DNA of 63,480 bases, the filler included, from Octopus bimaculoides (taxonomy: Eukaryota), in the NCBI RefSeq assembly GCF_001194135.2. It is 5 parts of 5 records of this genome, joined end to end, with 100 filler letters (N's around TTAATTAATTAA, not from the genome) between each part and the next. Parts side by side here need not be neighbours in the genome. Positions count along the whole stretch, not along the records: positions 1 to 16,573 come from NC_068987.1; 4 more parts are not named here. One strand, given 5' to 3'. The notes beneath the pieces are model-generated. The model was not told the DNA's origin, did not search any database, and saw only the letters and a program-made list of their open reading frames with translations. The translations under genes were made by a program, and so were the position numbers. Below are positions 1 through 10,170 of the stretch, one piece after another. The stretch's first letter is position 1. The number at the start of each line of letters is the position of its first letter.

Positions 1-316
1 TTGTAAGCCTAGTACTTATTCTATCGGTCTCTTTTGCTGAACCGCTAGTTTACAGGGACGTAAACACACCAGCATCGGTTGTCAAGCGATGTTGGGGGAA
101 CAAACACACACACGCAAACATACACACACACACACACATATATATATATACATATATACGACGGGCTTCTTTCAGTTTCCGTCTACCAAATTCACTCACA
201 AGGCTTTGGTCGGCCCAAGGCTATAGAAGAAGACACTTGCCCAAGGTGCCATGCAGTGGGACTGAACCCGGAACCATGTGGTTGGTAAGCAAGCTACTTA
301 CCACACAGCCACTCCT
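1..316 (-). mobile_element. tRNA-derived SINE, family B (CORE-like block, internal CA/TA microsatellite); 3' end cut by the window edge
   Basis: The reverse complement reads GGAGTGGCTGTGTGGTAAG...GGGTTCAGTCCC (A/B-box-like head), then CCTTGGGCAAGTGTCTTC...GGAAACTGAAAGAAGCCCGTCG. The same blocks recur at 6646, 9342, 9822, 16140, 40967, 56190 and 57830. Confidence 0.85.
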
Positions 317-388
317 ATGCTTATTTATTATTTTGTTGTGTAGACACCTGAAAATCTTATAAAGATCCTCAGGGGCCATATGGACCAT

Positions 389-403
389 GGTTGAGAACCA
401 CTG
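389..403 (-). mobile_element. isolated hAT/Charlie-like terminal inverted repeat (MITE end)
   Basis: GGTTGAGAACCACTG is the reverse complement of CAGTGGTTCTCAACC, a typical hAT-Charlie terminus. No partner end was seen. Confidence 0.4.
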
Positions 404-410
404 TGTTATA

Positions 411-1166
411 GGAACAAGGCTGGAAATTTTATAGGAAGGAGCTTGTTGATTACATGGACCTGGGTGCTTGACTGTTACTTAATTCATTAACCTCAAAAGA
501 CAAAAAGGCAAAGTTGACCTCGATGGAATTTGAACTCAGAACAGGAAGCATTTTTTCTGGCATGTTAACCAATCTGCCAGCTCATCACCTTAACACTAAC
601 AACAACAACAATCCTTTCTAGTGGAAGCACAAGACCTCAAATTTGTGGGGGTTATAGTTGATTATATCAACCCCAGTGTTCCCCTCGTTCTTAATTTATC
701 GACCCCGAAAGGATGAAAGGAAAAGTTGACCTTGGTGGAATTTGAACTCAGACCGTAAAGACAGTCAAACCAACAACAACAATAATAATAATAATCCTTT
801 CTACTATAGGCACAAGGCCTGAAATTTTTAGGGAAGGGGCTACTTGATTATATTGACCTCAGTGCTTGACCCTGAAAGGATTAAAGACAAAGTCGGCTTT
901 GGTAGAATTTGAACTCAATAAATAAAGCTGTTTGTTTAGCATGCTCACCAACGACAACAACAATCCTTTCTACAACAGGCACAAGGCCTGAAATTTGGAG
1001 GAGGAGATGAGTTGATTACATCAACTCCAGAGTTATTTCATCGACTCCGAAAGGATGAAAGGCAAAGTCGACCCCGGCGGAATTTGAACTCAGAACGTAG
1101 CAATGGGAGAAATAACGCTTAATATTTTGTCCAGCGTGCTAACAATTCTACCAGCTTGCCGCCTTA
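411..1166 (-). mobile_element. four stacked copies of SINE family A (about 411-592, 611-766, 794-948, 962-1166)
   Basis: Each copy carries AAAGGCAAAGTYGAC...GAATTTGAACTCAGA, the reverse complement of the family core TCTGAGTTCAAATTC...GTCGACTTTGCCTTTCATCCTTTCGGGG. Copies are separated by AAC/AAT runs. The core resembles the Deu/Nin SINE domain (from memory). Confidence 0.85.
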
Positions 1167-1173
1167 ACAACAG

Positions 1174-1174
1174 C

Positions 1175-1224
<50 letters not shown>

Positions 1225-1240
1225 TATCAATAATAATAAA
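1174..1240. repeat. (AAT)n microsatellite
   Basis: Direct reading. Confidence 0.95.
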
Positions 1241-1566
1241 TGATCCAAGCAGGTGATATCCATGAATTAGCCACACTTGTTAATTAATTTCTTCACACCA
1301 ACAGCTATCTATCTCCACATAGCTTGGAACATTCATATCTATGTATACACATTGATAAAATATTCCAATGATTGCTTTAATAACACAGACAGGCAGGTGT
1401 GAAGTGTGATTGTCTTCAGGTAAACAGAGACACAGGCAGACTGGCAGGCAGACATACAGGCTTGTTGCACATATTTATCAGTTATCAGACATTCCAGTTT
1501 AGTTTGTAACGAAGAAGATTTAGCTGGAGAAGTAGTGCCAAACTGAACAGTTGGTCTGTTATATAT

Positions 1567-1764
1567 CATCATCATCATCATCATCGTCGTCGTTTAACGT
1601 CTGCTTTCCATGCTGGCATGGGTTAGATGGTTTGACTGGGGACTGGTGAACCAGATGGCTGCACCATGCTACAATCTGATCTGGCAGAGTTTCTACAGCT
1701 GGATGCCCTTCCTAACACCAATCACTCCGAGAGTGTAGTGGGTGCTTTCTACGTGCCACCGGCA
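1567..1764 (-). mobile_element. SINE family C 3' portion with (CAT)n tail
   Basis: TTTCCATGCTGGCATGGGTT...CAGCTGGATGCCCTTCCTAAC...GGTGCTTT..ACGTGCCAC. Homologous to 1943-2135 and to 12840-13050 on the other strand. Confidence 0.8.
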
Positions 1765-1942
1765 GAATCGTTAGCAGACTGGGCGAAATGCTTAGCCGTA
1801 TTTCATCTGTCTACGTTCTGAGTTCAAATCCCATCAAGGTCGACTTCGCCTTTCACCCTTTCGGTTAAGTATCAGCTGTGTACCGAGGTTGATTCAATTG
1901 ACTGGGCCCTTCCCACAAAATTTCAGGCCTTGTGCCTAGAGT
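1761..1942 (+). mobile_element. SINE family A copy
   Basis: GGCAGAATCGTTAGCA...TTCTGAGTTCAAAT...GTCGACTTCGCCTTTC...AAATTTCAGGCCTTGTGCCTAGAGT. Confidence 0.85.
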
Positions 1943-2135
1943 CATCATCATCAATTAAGGTCCATTTTCCATGCTGGCATGGGTTGGACAGTTTGACTGA
2001 GGTCTGGAGAGCCAGTGGCTGCATCAGGCTCCAATGTGGTCTGGTAGAGTTTTTACAGCTGGATGCCCTTCCTAACGCCAACCACTCTGAGAGTGTAGGG
2101 GGTGCTTTTGACGTGCCACTGGCGCAGGAACCAGA
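1943..2135 (-). mobile_element. SINE family C 3' portion
   Basis: Same blocks as 1567-1764. Confidence 0.8.
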
Positions 2136-2485
2136 GTAGAAAAGAATGTTCTACTAGCCATTGCTCATCGTCTCATTTTAAACAAATTTATGTGAGGGTG
2201 GTAGTGGTGGGTAGGGAGAGAGTAAAAGTGTAGATATTTAAGAGGAAAGGAGAACAGAATGGAAAAGGGGTTATTGAGAAAGGGAGAGACAGAGTAGTAA
2301 GGACAGGTGTGGTGGTGGTAGGGGGGAGTGATCCAGTGCTGCCCCACATTTTAAAAGGGAATATGGGGGCGGGGGAGCAAGGTGTGAGAGGAAGGGAACA
2401 TGAAAGAGAGGGACAGACGAGAGACACAAGGATCTGTAGAGAGTGACTGAAGGGAAGCGAGGTGTGGGATGGTGAGGGGGTGTCA

Positions 2486-2669
2486 AGTTCAATTCCTGGT
2501 GATGCATTGTGTCCTTGAGCAAGACACTTTATTTCGCATTGCTCCAGTCCACTCAGCTGGCAAAAATGTGTATCCTTTCTAAAGATCATAAAAGATAATT
2601 TGAAGGAGGTTTGGCTGCTATTTCTAGTATGTTGAACAACCACTTAACAGATTGTATCCTTTCTAAAGA
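2486..2669 (+). repeat. SINE family D fragment fused to an 84-bp-type unit; near-identical to 5041-5224
   Basis: Manual alignment gives 184 bp with 3 substitutions. Confidence 0.9.
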
Positions 2670-3203
2670 GAGAAGCAGAAAGTGAATGCCATGAGAGCAG
2701 TGAAAAAATTATAGGCTGGAGGGTAACCCTGTGTGTGTGTGAAAAGAAAGGAAGAAAGAAAGATAGATAATTAGACTGATAGATGGATAGATAGATACAT
2801 AGAGAGACAAACAAACAGATAGACAGACAGACAGACAGACATACATATAAATAGATAGTATTAATAAAAATACAGAAAACATATGTGGTATTTTAAGCTT
2901 TATAAAGCACATACGTGTTTTGGCAAACTAACTACCAGTATTACATAATTGCTTGTTGAGACATAACACTGCTGCATTCAGTTCATCCGCAATGTTTAAC
3001 AAGATAATAATAATATATACATACACCGACTCATATATATATATATATATATATATACTAATGAACATACATAACATAACTATAATATCTATATACATCC
3101 AGTAGTAAATGTATAAGACAATTTTTAAAAATTTTATGCAGCTTCAGCCTTGCACCTTTTGTTTATGAAATAACTCCGTTTTGCTTAATGTAAACTACAA
3201 GGC

Positions 3204-3240
3204 TATATAAATCAGTATATTTCAAAGAATTTCACTTTTG
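3204..3240 (+). promoter_or_regulatory. candidate TATA box (TATATAAA 3204-3211) and Inr-like TCACTTT (A at 3234)
   Basis: The motifs are read directly and their spacing is the canonical 30 nt. Function is inferred. Confidence 0.3.
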
Positions 3241-3406
3241 CTGCTTGCTGACAAAGGAAACATTTGTATTTGTATGTATTATGCTATAGAGTATGTGTGT
3301 GTGTGTTTTTTGTATATATGTGTCTACCAGAAACATAATTATGTCCAGGAAAAAATATACATACATCCATGTATATTTTAATATCTAAACGTTGATTAAT
3401 TTTCAG

Positions 3407-3523
3407 ATGTCATTTTGTTTACATTATACTATTTTATTATATTATGTTATGTTATCTCTGAATTGTTCTAAGTCTATTGATCCTTCTCAAAGACTTTCGC
3501 ACAAATGCACACTGTTGTATTAG
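3407..3523 (+). CDS. candidate 38-aa ORF/exon with signal-peptide-like N-terminus (MSFCLHYTILLYYVMLSLNCSKSIDPSQRLSHKCTLLY*)
   Basis: The ATG lies immediately after a TTTTCAG acceptor. There is an upstream GTATGT donor at 3272 and AATAAA at 3527-3532. No recognisable homology. Confidence 0.3.
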   Translation: MSFCLHYTILLYYVMLSLNCSKSIDPSQRLSHKCTLLY

Positions 3524-3555
3524 AGAAATAAATATTTTGTTATCCTCATATTTTA

Positions 3556-3558
<3 letters not shown>

Positions 3559-3590
<32 letters not shown>

Positions 3591-3719
3591 ATTTTCAAAT
3601 GTTTATACACAAACATTAAATAACTGGTATATGCATACACACACACCTGTATATGTATCACTGTGCATGTGTTCATATATGTACGTATACCTATATATAT
3701 ATATGTATATACCTATATA

Positions 3720-3788
<69 letters not shown>

Positions 3789-3800
3789 TTGTGTGTGTAT
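3559..3800. repeat. compound (GT)n/(AT)n microsatellite
   Basis: Direct reading. Confidence 0.95.
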
Positions 3801-3959
3801 GTATGTGCAGATACACAGACACAAGTGCATACGCATACTTGTAAAAATTATATGCATTCATATATTGAATTATATCTTCATGAACATGTGCATCTGTTTT
3901 GCTTTGTTTTTCTCTACGCATACACCTATTAGCATTCAAACACAGACAATAAGAGCATG

Positions 3960-3992
<33 letters not shown>

Positions 3993-4989
3993 ACATCCTG
4001 GTTGTCATCATCATCATCTGCAGCATCTGTAGCATCTATATAGAGCAAGACAAATATTCACAAGCAATCATAACTTGTTCTAACTGGCAACATAATTTCC
4101 CCTGTTGAACTTTTCGTTCCTGCAATTACATTCCTATTTTCAAAAAGCTGGTAGATTAAAGATTGCAGACAATAACAGAACATCAGCGCAGATGGCATTA
4201 GTGTACCTAGTCAGATACGAAGTAGTTCTGGGTTCAAACCCTTCTAAAGCTGACTCTCTTTTTCAAAATTCAAGTTGTTGTTGTTGATGTTGTTATTGTC
4301 ATTGCTGTTGTTTCACCCACGTCCGTACTGATCATGAGAGCCCTCCAAAAGTGGGGGCACTTTGGGGTCTATTGTATAAGCCTATACAGGACTGGGTGAT
4401 CCGGAGTTGGGAGCTGGAACGTCAACGGATGCTCCATGGAATGGCACACGCTCCAGCCGTTCTGCTCTGGCTGTGATGGGATTTGTCTTTCATTCAGGCA
4501 CAGTGCAGCTGGGACTACATTATTCAGTGTGTTATTTTCTTAAACACAGCATGGTTACCTTCACAACCACAAAGTCTCAGGTTCAATTCCTCTACTTGAG
4601 ATCTTGGGCCTTGTAAAAGAAAGGGTGTGGGTGGAAAGCAAGTGTAAAGCCTGTACGAGAGATTGCATTTGTAATGTGAAGAAGCTCCAGTCTTGCCACA
4701 CACTCTTATCATGTTGATTCCATTGGAGGATTATGTAGACAGTACATGTGTCTGCGGAAGACCAGCCAGCCCTGACCATCCCTCCACTGGATCCTTTCTA
4801 AAGATCATAGAAAGTAATTTCTATGACCACTTGGTTTGTCTGTCGATGAAGAGAGTCTGGCTATCCACACGAACTGATGCGGATTGCAGGACTCAGTGAA
4901 CACTGACTCTTCGAATGCACATTGTGGCCGTGGAGTCCCATCGTCCCAGGGCCCCGTCCGGTTGAGAGGTCTTTTTATCTTTTGTGTAA

Positions 4990-5122
4990 AGGTGTGTGGC
5001 TATGTGGTTAGGGTATTTCGCTTGTGATCATAAGGTTGTGAGTTCAATTCCAGGTGATGCATTGTATCCTTGAGCAAGACACTTTATTTCGCATTGCTCC
5101 AGTCCACTCAGCTGGCAAAAAT
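4990..5122 (+). mobile_element. SINE family D 5' half (tRNA-like head plus CORE/Meta-like block)
   Basis: GTGGCTATGTGGTTAGGGTATT...GAGTTCAATTCC...TCCTTGAGCAAGACACTTTATTTCGCATTGCTCCAGTCCACTCAGCTGG. Compare 19320, 33487 and 60383. Confidence 0.8.
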
Positions 5123-5123
5123 G

Positions 5124-5472
5124 TGTATCCTTTCTAAAGATCATAAAAGATAATTTGAAGGAGGTTTGGCTGCTATTTCTAGTATGTTGAACAACCACTT
5201 AAGAGATTGTATCCTTTCTAAAGATCATAGAAGATGAAGGAGATTTGGCTGCTATTTCTAGTTTATTCGCTATTTCTAATACGTTGAACAACCACTTAAG
5301 AGAGTGTATCCTTTCTAAAGATCGTAGAAGGTAATTTGAAGGAGACTTGGCTGCTATGTCTAGCATATCGAAAGACCACTTAAGAGAGCAGGCTTTTTTC
5401 TGAGGGTCATAGAATGTAATTTAAAAGAAATTTGGCTGCTATTTCTAGCATGTCTAACGACTACTTAAGCAG
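5124..5472 (+). repeat. tandem array of about four ~84-bp units (family E, TTTGGCTGCTATTTCTAG motif)
   Basis: Units start at 5124, 5208, 5305 and about 5388. Related pieces occur at about 2570, 4790, 10240, 10965 and 13190. Confidence 0.85.
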
Positions 5473-6401
5473 GTCCCCACCTGGCTTCTAGTAACGATGG
5501 TAGTACTATTAGCTGCTACAAAATAGCAGTGAATCACTTTGATTAGTGTCTGAAGGATCAGCAATTCGTTGCTCATTATCTACCAATGCAGCATCACATC
5601 TTATCCTGTTGTCATCAACTGCACTTTATTGCATTTCACTGCACTCAATGCAGCACCACATGGTCCTGCTAACCTAACTTTTTCTTGAAATCATTTGTAC
5701 ACAGAGGGGTGGACGATTTTTTTTTTTTTTTTTTGCAGAATTAAGGGCAATACCATATTGTGGTGAGTCACCTTGTGTCTCTTGTTCCATTGTCACAAAG
5801 TAAGTGAGTGAGAGGGGAGAGAGAGAGAGAGGGGGGTGGGGAAGAGAGAGAGACAATAGTTCAAAGTAATAACAATGAATGGTGGAGGAACAATAATGAC
5901 TGGTATTCAGGGAGGAAATTGTTTTCTCGTTATATTTGTAAGGGAATATCCATCTTAGNNNNNNNNNNNNNNNNNNNNNNNNNNNNNNNNNNNNNNNNNN
6001 NNNNNNNNNNNNNNNNNNNNNNNNNNNNNNNNNNNNNNNNNNNNNNNNNNNNNNNNNNNNNNNNNNNNNNNNNNNNNNNNNNNNNNNNNNNNNNNNNNNN
6101 NNNNNNNNNNNNNNNNNNNNNNNNNNNNNNNNNNNNNNNNNNNNNNNNNNNNNNNNNNNNNNNNNNNNNNNNNNNNNNNNNNNNNNNNNNNNNNNNNNNN
6201 NNNNNNNNNNNNNNNNNNNNNNNNNNNNNNNNNNNNNNNNNNNNNNNNNNNNNNNNNNNNNNNNNNNNNNNNNNNNNNNNNNNNNNNNNNNNNNNNNNNN
6301 NNNNNNNNNNNNNNNNNCTGTGTTGTCCATGTTTTTTGTGATGTAAACCTTTTGTGGTCAATAAAAAACTTATCATCATCATTATTATTATTATTAATTA
6401 T

Positions 6402-6632
6402 AAGGCGGTGAGCTGGCAGAATCGTTAGCATGCGGGACAAAAATCTTAGTGGTATTTCGTCTGTCTTTGCCTTCTGAGTTCAAATTCCACCGTGGTCGAC
6501 TTTGCCTTTCATCTTTTTAGGGATATGAAATAATTAACAGTTATGCACTGGGGTCGATGTAATCGACTTAATCCCTTTGTCTGTCCTTGTTCGTCCCCTC
6601 TATGTTTAGACCTTTGTGGGCAATAAAGAAAT
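6402..6632 (+). mobile_element. SINE family A, full length, alternative tail (AATCCCTTTGTCTGTCC...GGGCAATAAAGAAATA)
   Basis: Head AAGGCGGTGAGCTGGCAGAATCGTTAGC, core and tail are all present. Confidence 0.85.
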
Positions 6633-6645
6633 ATGTATATATAGA

Positions 6646-6800
6646 ACGGGCTTCTTTCAGTTTCTGTCTACCAAATCCATTCACAAGGCTTTGGTCAGCC
6701 TGAGGCTATAGTAGAAGACACTTGCCCAAGGTGCCATGCAGTGGGACTGAACCCAGAACCATGTGGTTGGGAAGCAAGCTACTTCCACACAGCCACGCCT
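6646..6800 (-). mobile_element. SINE family B 5' half
   Basis: Matches 160-316. Confidence 0.85.
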
Positions 6801-6808
6801 AATTATTA

Positions 6809-6839
<31 letters not shown>

Positions 6840-8270
6840 GAAAGTTATTGTGATCAATATAATAATTCTCGTTATTATCACATTACTCCATTATATAGTT
6901 ATCATCAACATCATCATCATCATTGACATTGTCAAAAGATGTGCAATTGTGCAACTGAAGAAAAATTATCCAAGCAAGTTATTTATGGTGTATGCCAAAG
7001 AAGGAAGTGGCCAATCTCTGGATGACTACCACTCCTTAACCATTCCATACACACACAACAAACACATACACAAACATATAAGATAAACGTGCAGGGTACG
7101 CACATACATATGCACACACATGCACACACATAATCACAAACAACAACAACACATCAAAACTAACACAAATAAATAAATGAAAAAAAATAGGAAGACCCAG
7201 AAGAACAATAAATGAAAGCTGCTCTACTTAGACACTTCTGGCTCACACACAACAACATGGGGGCAGGGGGCAAAAATGAGAGGAAAGATGGGGGGGGGTA
7301 GGAAAGAGGTGAAGGAAATTAAAAGAATAAAATATTAACCCCCCTCCCCCGTACAACATTAGCATTAAACTATTTACAGGTATATGGTTTCCAGAAATAA
7401 ATCAAAAATAAAAATACAATAAAAGTGCAGATGAAATAATTCCCTTTCCTCCCCTCTCTCTCTCTATTTCTTTCCACCATCATCTNNNNNNNNNNNNNNN
7501 NNNNNNNNNNNNNNNNNNNNNNNNNNNNNNNNNNNNNNNNNNNNNNNNNNNNNNNNNNNNNNNNNNNNNNNNNNNNNNNNNNNNNNNNNNNNNNNNNNNN
7601 NNNNNNNNNNNNNNNNNNNNNNNNNNNNNNNNNNNNNNNNNNNNNNNNNNNNNNNNNNNNNNNNNNNNNNNNNNNNNNNNNNNNNNNNNNNNNNNNNNNN
7701 NNNNNNNNNNNNNNNNNNNNNNNNNNNNNNNNNNNNNNNNNNNNNNNNNNNNNNNNNNNNNNNNNNNNNNNNNNNNNNNNNNNNNNNNNNNNNNNNNNNN
7801 NNNNNNNNNNNNNNNNNNNNNNNNNNNNNNNNNNNNNNNNNNNNNNNNNNNNNNNNNNNNNNNNNNNNNNNNNNNNNNNNNNNNNNNNNNNNNNNNNNNN
7901 NNNNNNNNNNNNNNNNNNNNNNNNNNNNNNNGGGGTAAATGATAACAAAAGCCTCCCTCTGTTTCTTCTTTCTCCCTCTTGGGAAATATATCAGCAGCAA
8001 GCAGAAAAATGATAGAAAGGGAGCAGGGGAGTAGGGGACTCTGAATCCAGTACCCCATGTTCCAGGTTCTGTTGGACCTGCTGTTAAAAATAGCATCCTT
8101 GTCTTCACTCAAATTACACCTCATCAGTCTTGGGGAAAAAAAAAGAAAAGAAAAGTGGTATGATGCATGACACATTGGCATGAAGATGATGTGGTTCTAG
8201 AGACTCACCCCTGTGGCATTCAGATTACTCTTGTCAAAAGTAATGCTTATTTAATAAACCTTTTTATTAA

Positions 8271-8590
8271 AGGCATAAGGCCTGACATTTTGTGGGGAAG
8301 GGGCTAGGGTTTCACTGGGGCTTCATTTATTGATTCTGAGGAGGATGAAAGGCAGAGTTGACCTCGGTGGAGTTTGAACTCAGAACACGAAGACAGACAA
8401 AATACTGCAAAGCGTTTCACCTGGCGTGCTAACGATTCTTTTCAGGCACAAGGCCTGAAATTTCGGGGGAGGGGGCCAGTTGATTAGATCGACCCCAGTG
8501 CATAACTGGTACTTAATTTATCGACTGCGAAATGATGAAAGGCAAAGTCAAGCCCCAGCAGCAGCAGTTGAACTCAGAATGTGAAGACAG
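8271..8590 (-). mobile_element. two stacked SINE family A copies (8271-8440, 8444-8590)
   Basis: Two successive GATGAAAGGCA(G/A)AGT...GAACTCAGAA cores in the same orientation. Confidence 0.8.
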
Positions 8591-8599
8591 GGGGGGGGA

Positions 8600-8960
8600 T
8601 AAATGATGACAATGACGACTGTGATGACAACTTATGAGCAAAGGTGAGTCAATGGTGGAGTGAGGGATCGATTGAATGATGCCGATGATGACGATGACGA
8701 TGACAATGATCATCATCGTCATTATCATGGCAAAGGTAGTCATCCTAAGGAGGTGGAAGGTAGCAATATTGACGATAATGATGACAAGGATAGTTATGAT
8801 GATGATGATGAGGAGGAGGAGGAGGTGGAGGAATAGCAGCAGCAATAATAATAGTGGTAGTAGTAGCAGTACTCATGTTAAAAGGCAATGATGGTGGTGG
8901 TGGTGGTGGTGGTGGTGGTGACTAGTCAGGTAGGTGGTGGGCGTCAGTGGTAGGGGTTGT
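8600..8960. repeat. degenerate GAT/GAC/GAG/GGT trinucleotide low-complexity tract
   Basis: Direct reading. Confidence 0.9.
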
Positions 8961-9341
8961 TGGTGTTGGAGACAGGAAGCTTTAATGACCATGGAAGGAG
9001 TGGAAATGGCCAGGTGCCAGGCCAGAGATATCTGGCCCTCATGGTAGTGGTGGCAGCAATGGTTGACGACCCTGATAGTAGGTGTTGATGGGTAGATACT
9101 GCAAAATGATAAGGGTGGTAGTGACTGCTGTGAAGGTGGTTGGTAGATATTAAAGTGTTAAAACTGATGTTTTTTTTTGGGGGGGGAGGTTAGGTGTTGA
9201 TGACTATGGAGTTGAATTACCCTTTCTTGATGCTAACCCACCCTTTCTGGGACCTCCCCCCCCATTCTCCTGGGTTCTTTCACTTTCTGTTTTAAAGAGA
9301 TAATAAATTAAAAACCTTCCCTCAAAATAATCCTGTTATTA

Positions 9342-9745
9342 TTCTTTTACTGTTTTTCCTTGTTTCAGTCATTTTGACCGTGGCCATGCTGGAGCACCGC
9401 CTTAAAAGGTTTTCAGTCAAACAAATTGACCCCAGGACTTATTTCTTAAGCCTAGTACTTATTCTATCGGTCTCTTTTTGCCGAACCACCAAGTTACGAG
9501 AAGTAAACACACCAACACCAGTTGTCAAATGGTAATGGGGGTGGGGTGACAAACACAGCCACAAAGACACACACACACACATATATACAACAGGCTTCTT
9601 TCAGTTTCCATCTACCAAATCCACTCACAAGGCTTTGGTGGGCCTGAGGCTATAATAGCAGACACTTACTGAAGGTGCCATGCAATGAGACTGAACCTGG
9701 AACCATGTCGTTGGTAAGCAAGCTACTTACCACACAGCCATGCCT
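9342..9745 (-). mobile_element. SINE family B, full length
   Basis: The 3' block (TTGTTTCAGTCATTT...CCATGCTGGAGCACCGCC), the internal CA run and the tRNA-like head are all present. Confidence 0.85.
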
Positions 9746-9821
9746 CAGCTTAATAATCTTTCCTTGGTTCGGTACAAGGNNNNNNNNNNGGCTAGCTAAC
9801 TTGAGGGGTGGGAAAGTCAAT

Positions 9822-9882
9822 TTGACCAAAGCCTTGTGAATGGATTTGGTAGACGGAAACTGAAAGAAGCCCGTCGTATATA

Positions 9883-9958
<76 letters not shown>

Positions 9959-10170
9959 TTATGTGTCTGTGTTTGTCCCCTCAACATTGCTTGACAACTG
10001 ATGCTGGTGTGTTTACGTCCCCGTAACTTAGCGGCTCGCCAAAAGAGATCGATAGAATAAGTACTAGGCTTACAAAGAATAAGTCCTGAGGTCGATTTGC
10101 TCGCTTGAAAAGTCGGTGCTCCAGCATGGCCGCAGTCAAATGACTGAAACAAGTAAAAGAGAGAGAGTAA
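9822..10170 (+). mobile_element. SINE family B, 5'-truncated
   Basis: GACCAAAGCCTTGTGA...GAAAGAAGCCCGTCG-(TA)(GT)n-...CCAGCATGGCCGCAGTCAAATGACTGAAACAAGTAAAAG. Confidence 0.85.

Noticed and set aside
1390-1545. Possible two small exons (…GVKCDCLQ|GTAAAC…TTTATCAG)
   Set aside because: Weak first acceptor, a 62-nt intron, an immediate stop and no homology.
4180-4260. tRNA gene (and similar heads at 36920-36970 and in the SINEs)
   Set aside because: Only A/B-box-like fragments are present, with no complete cloverleaf. These are SINE-derived.
4412-4429. SWNVNG, an APE-endonuclease start motif
   Set aside because: An isolated hexapeptide with no downstream APE motifs.
5124-5472. CRISPR-like repeat array
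   Set aside because: The units are contiguous and diverged, with no unique spacers and no cas genes, in a eukaryotic context.
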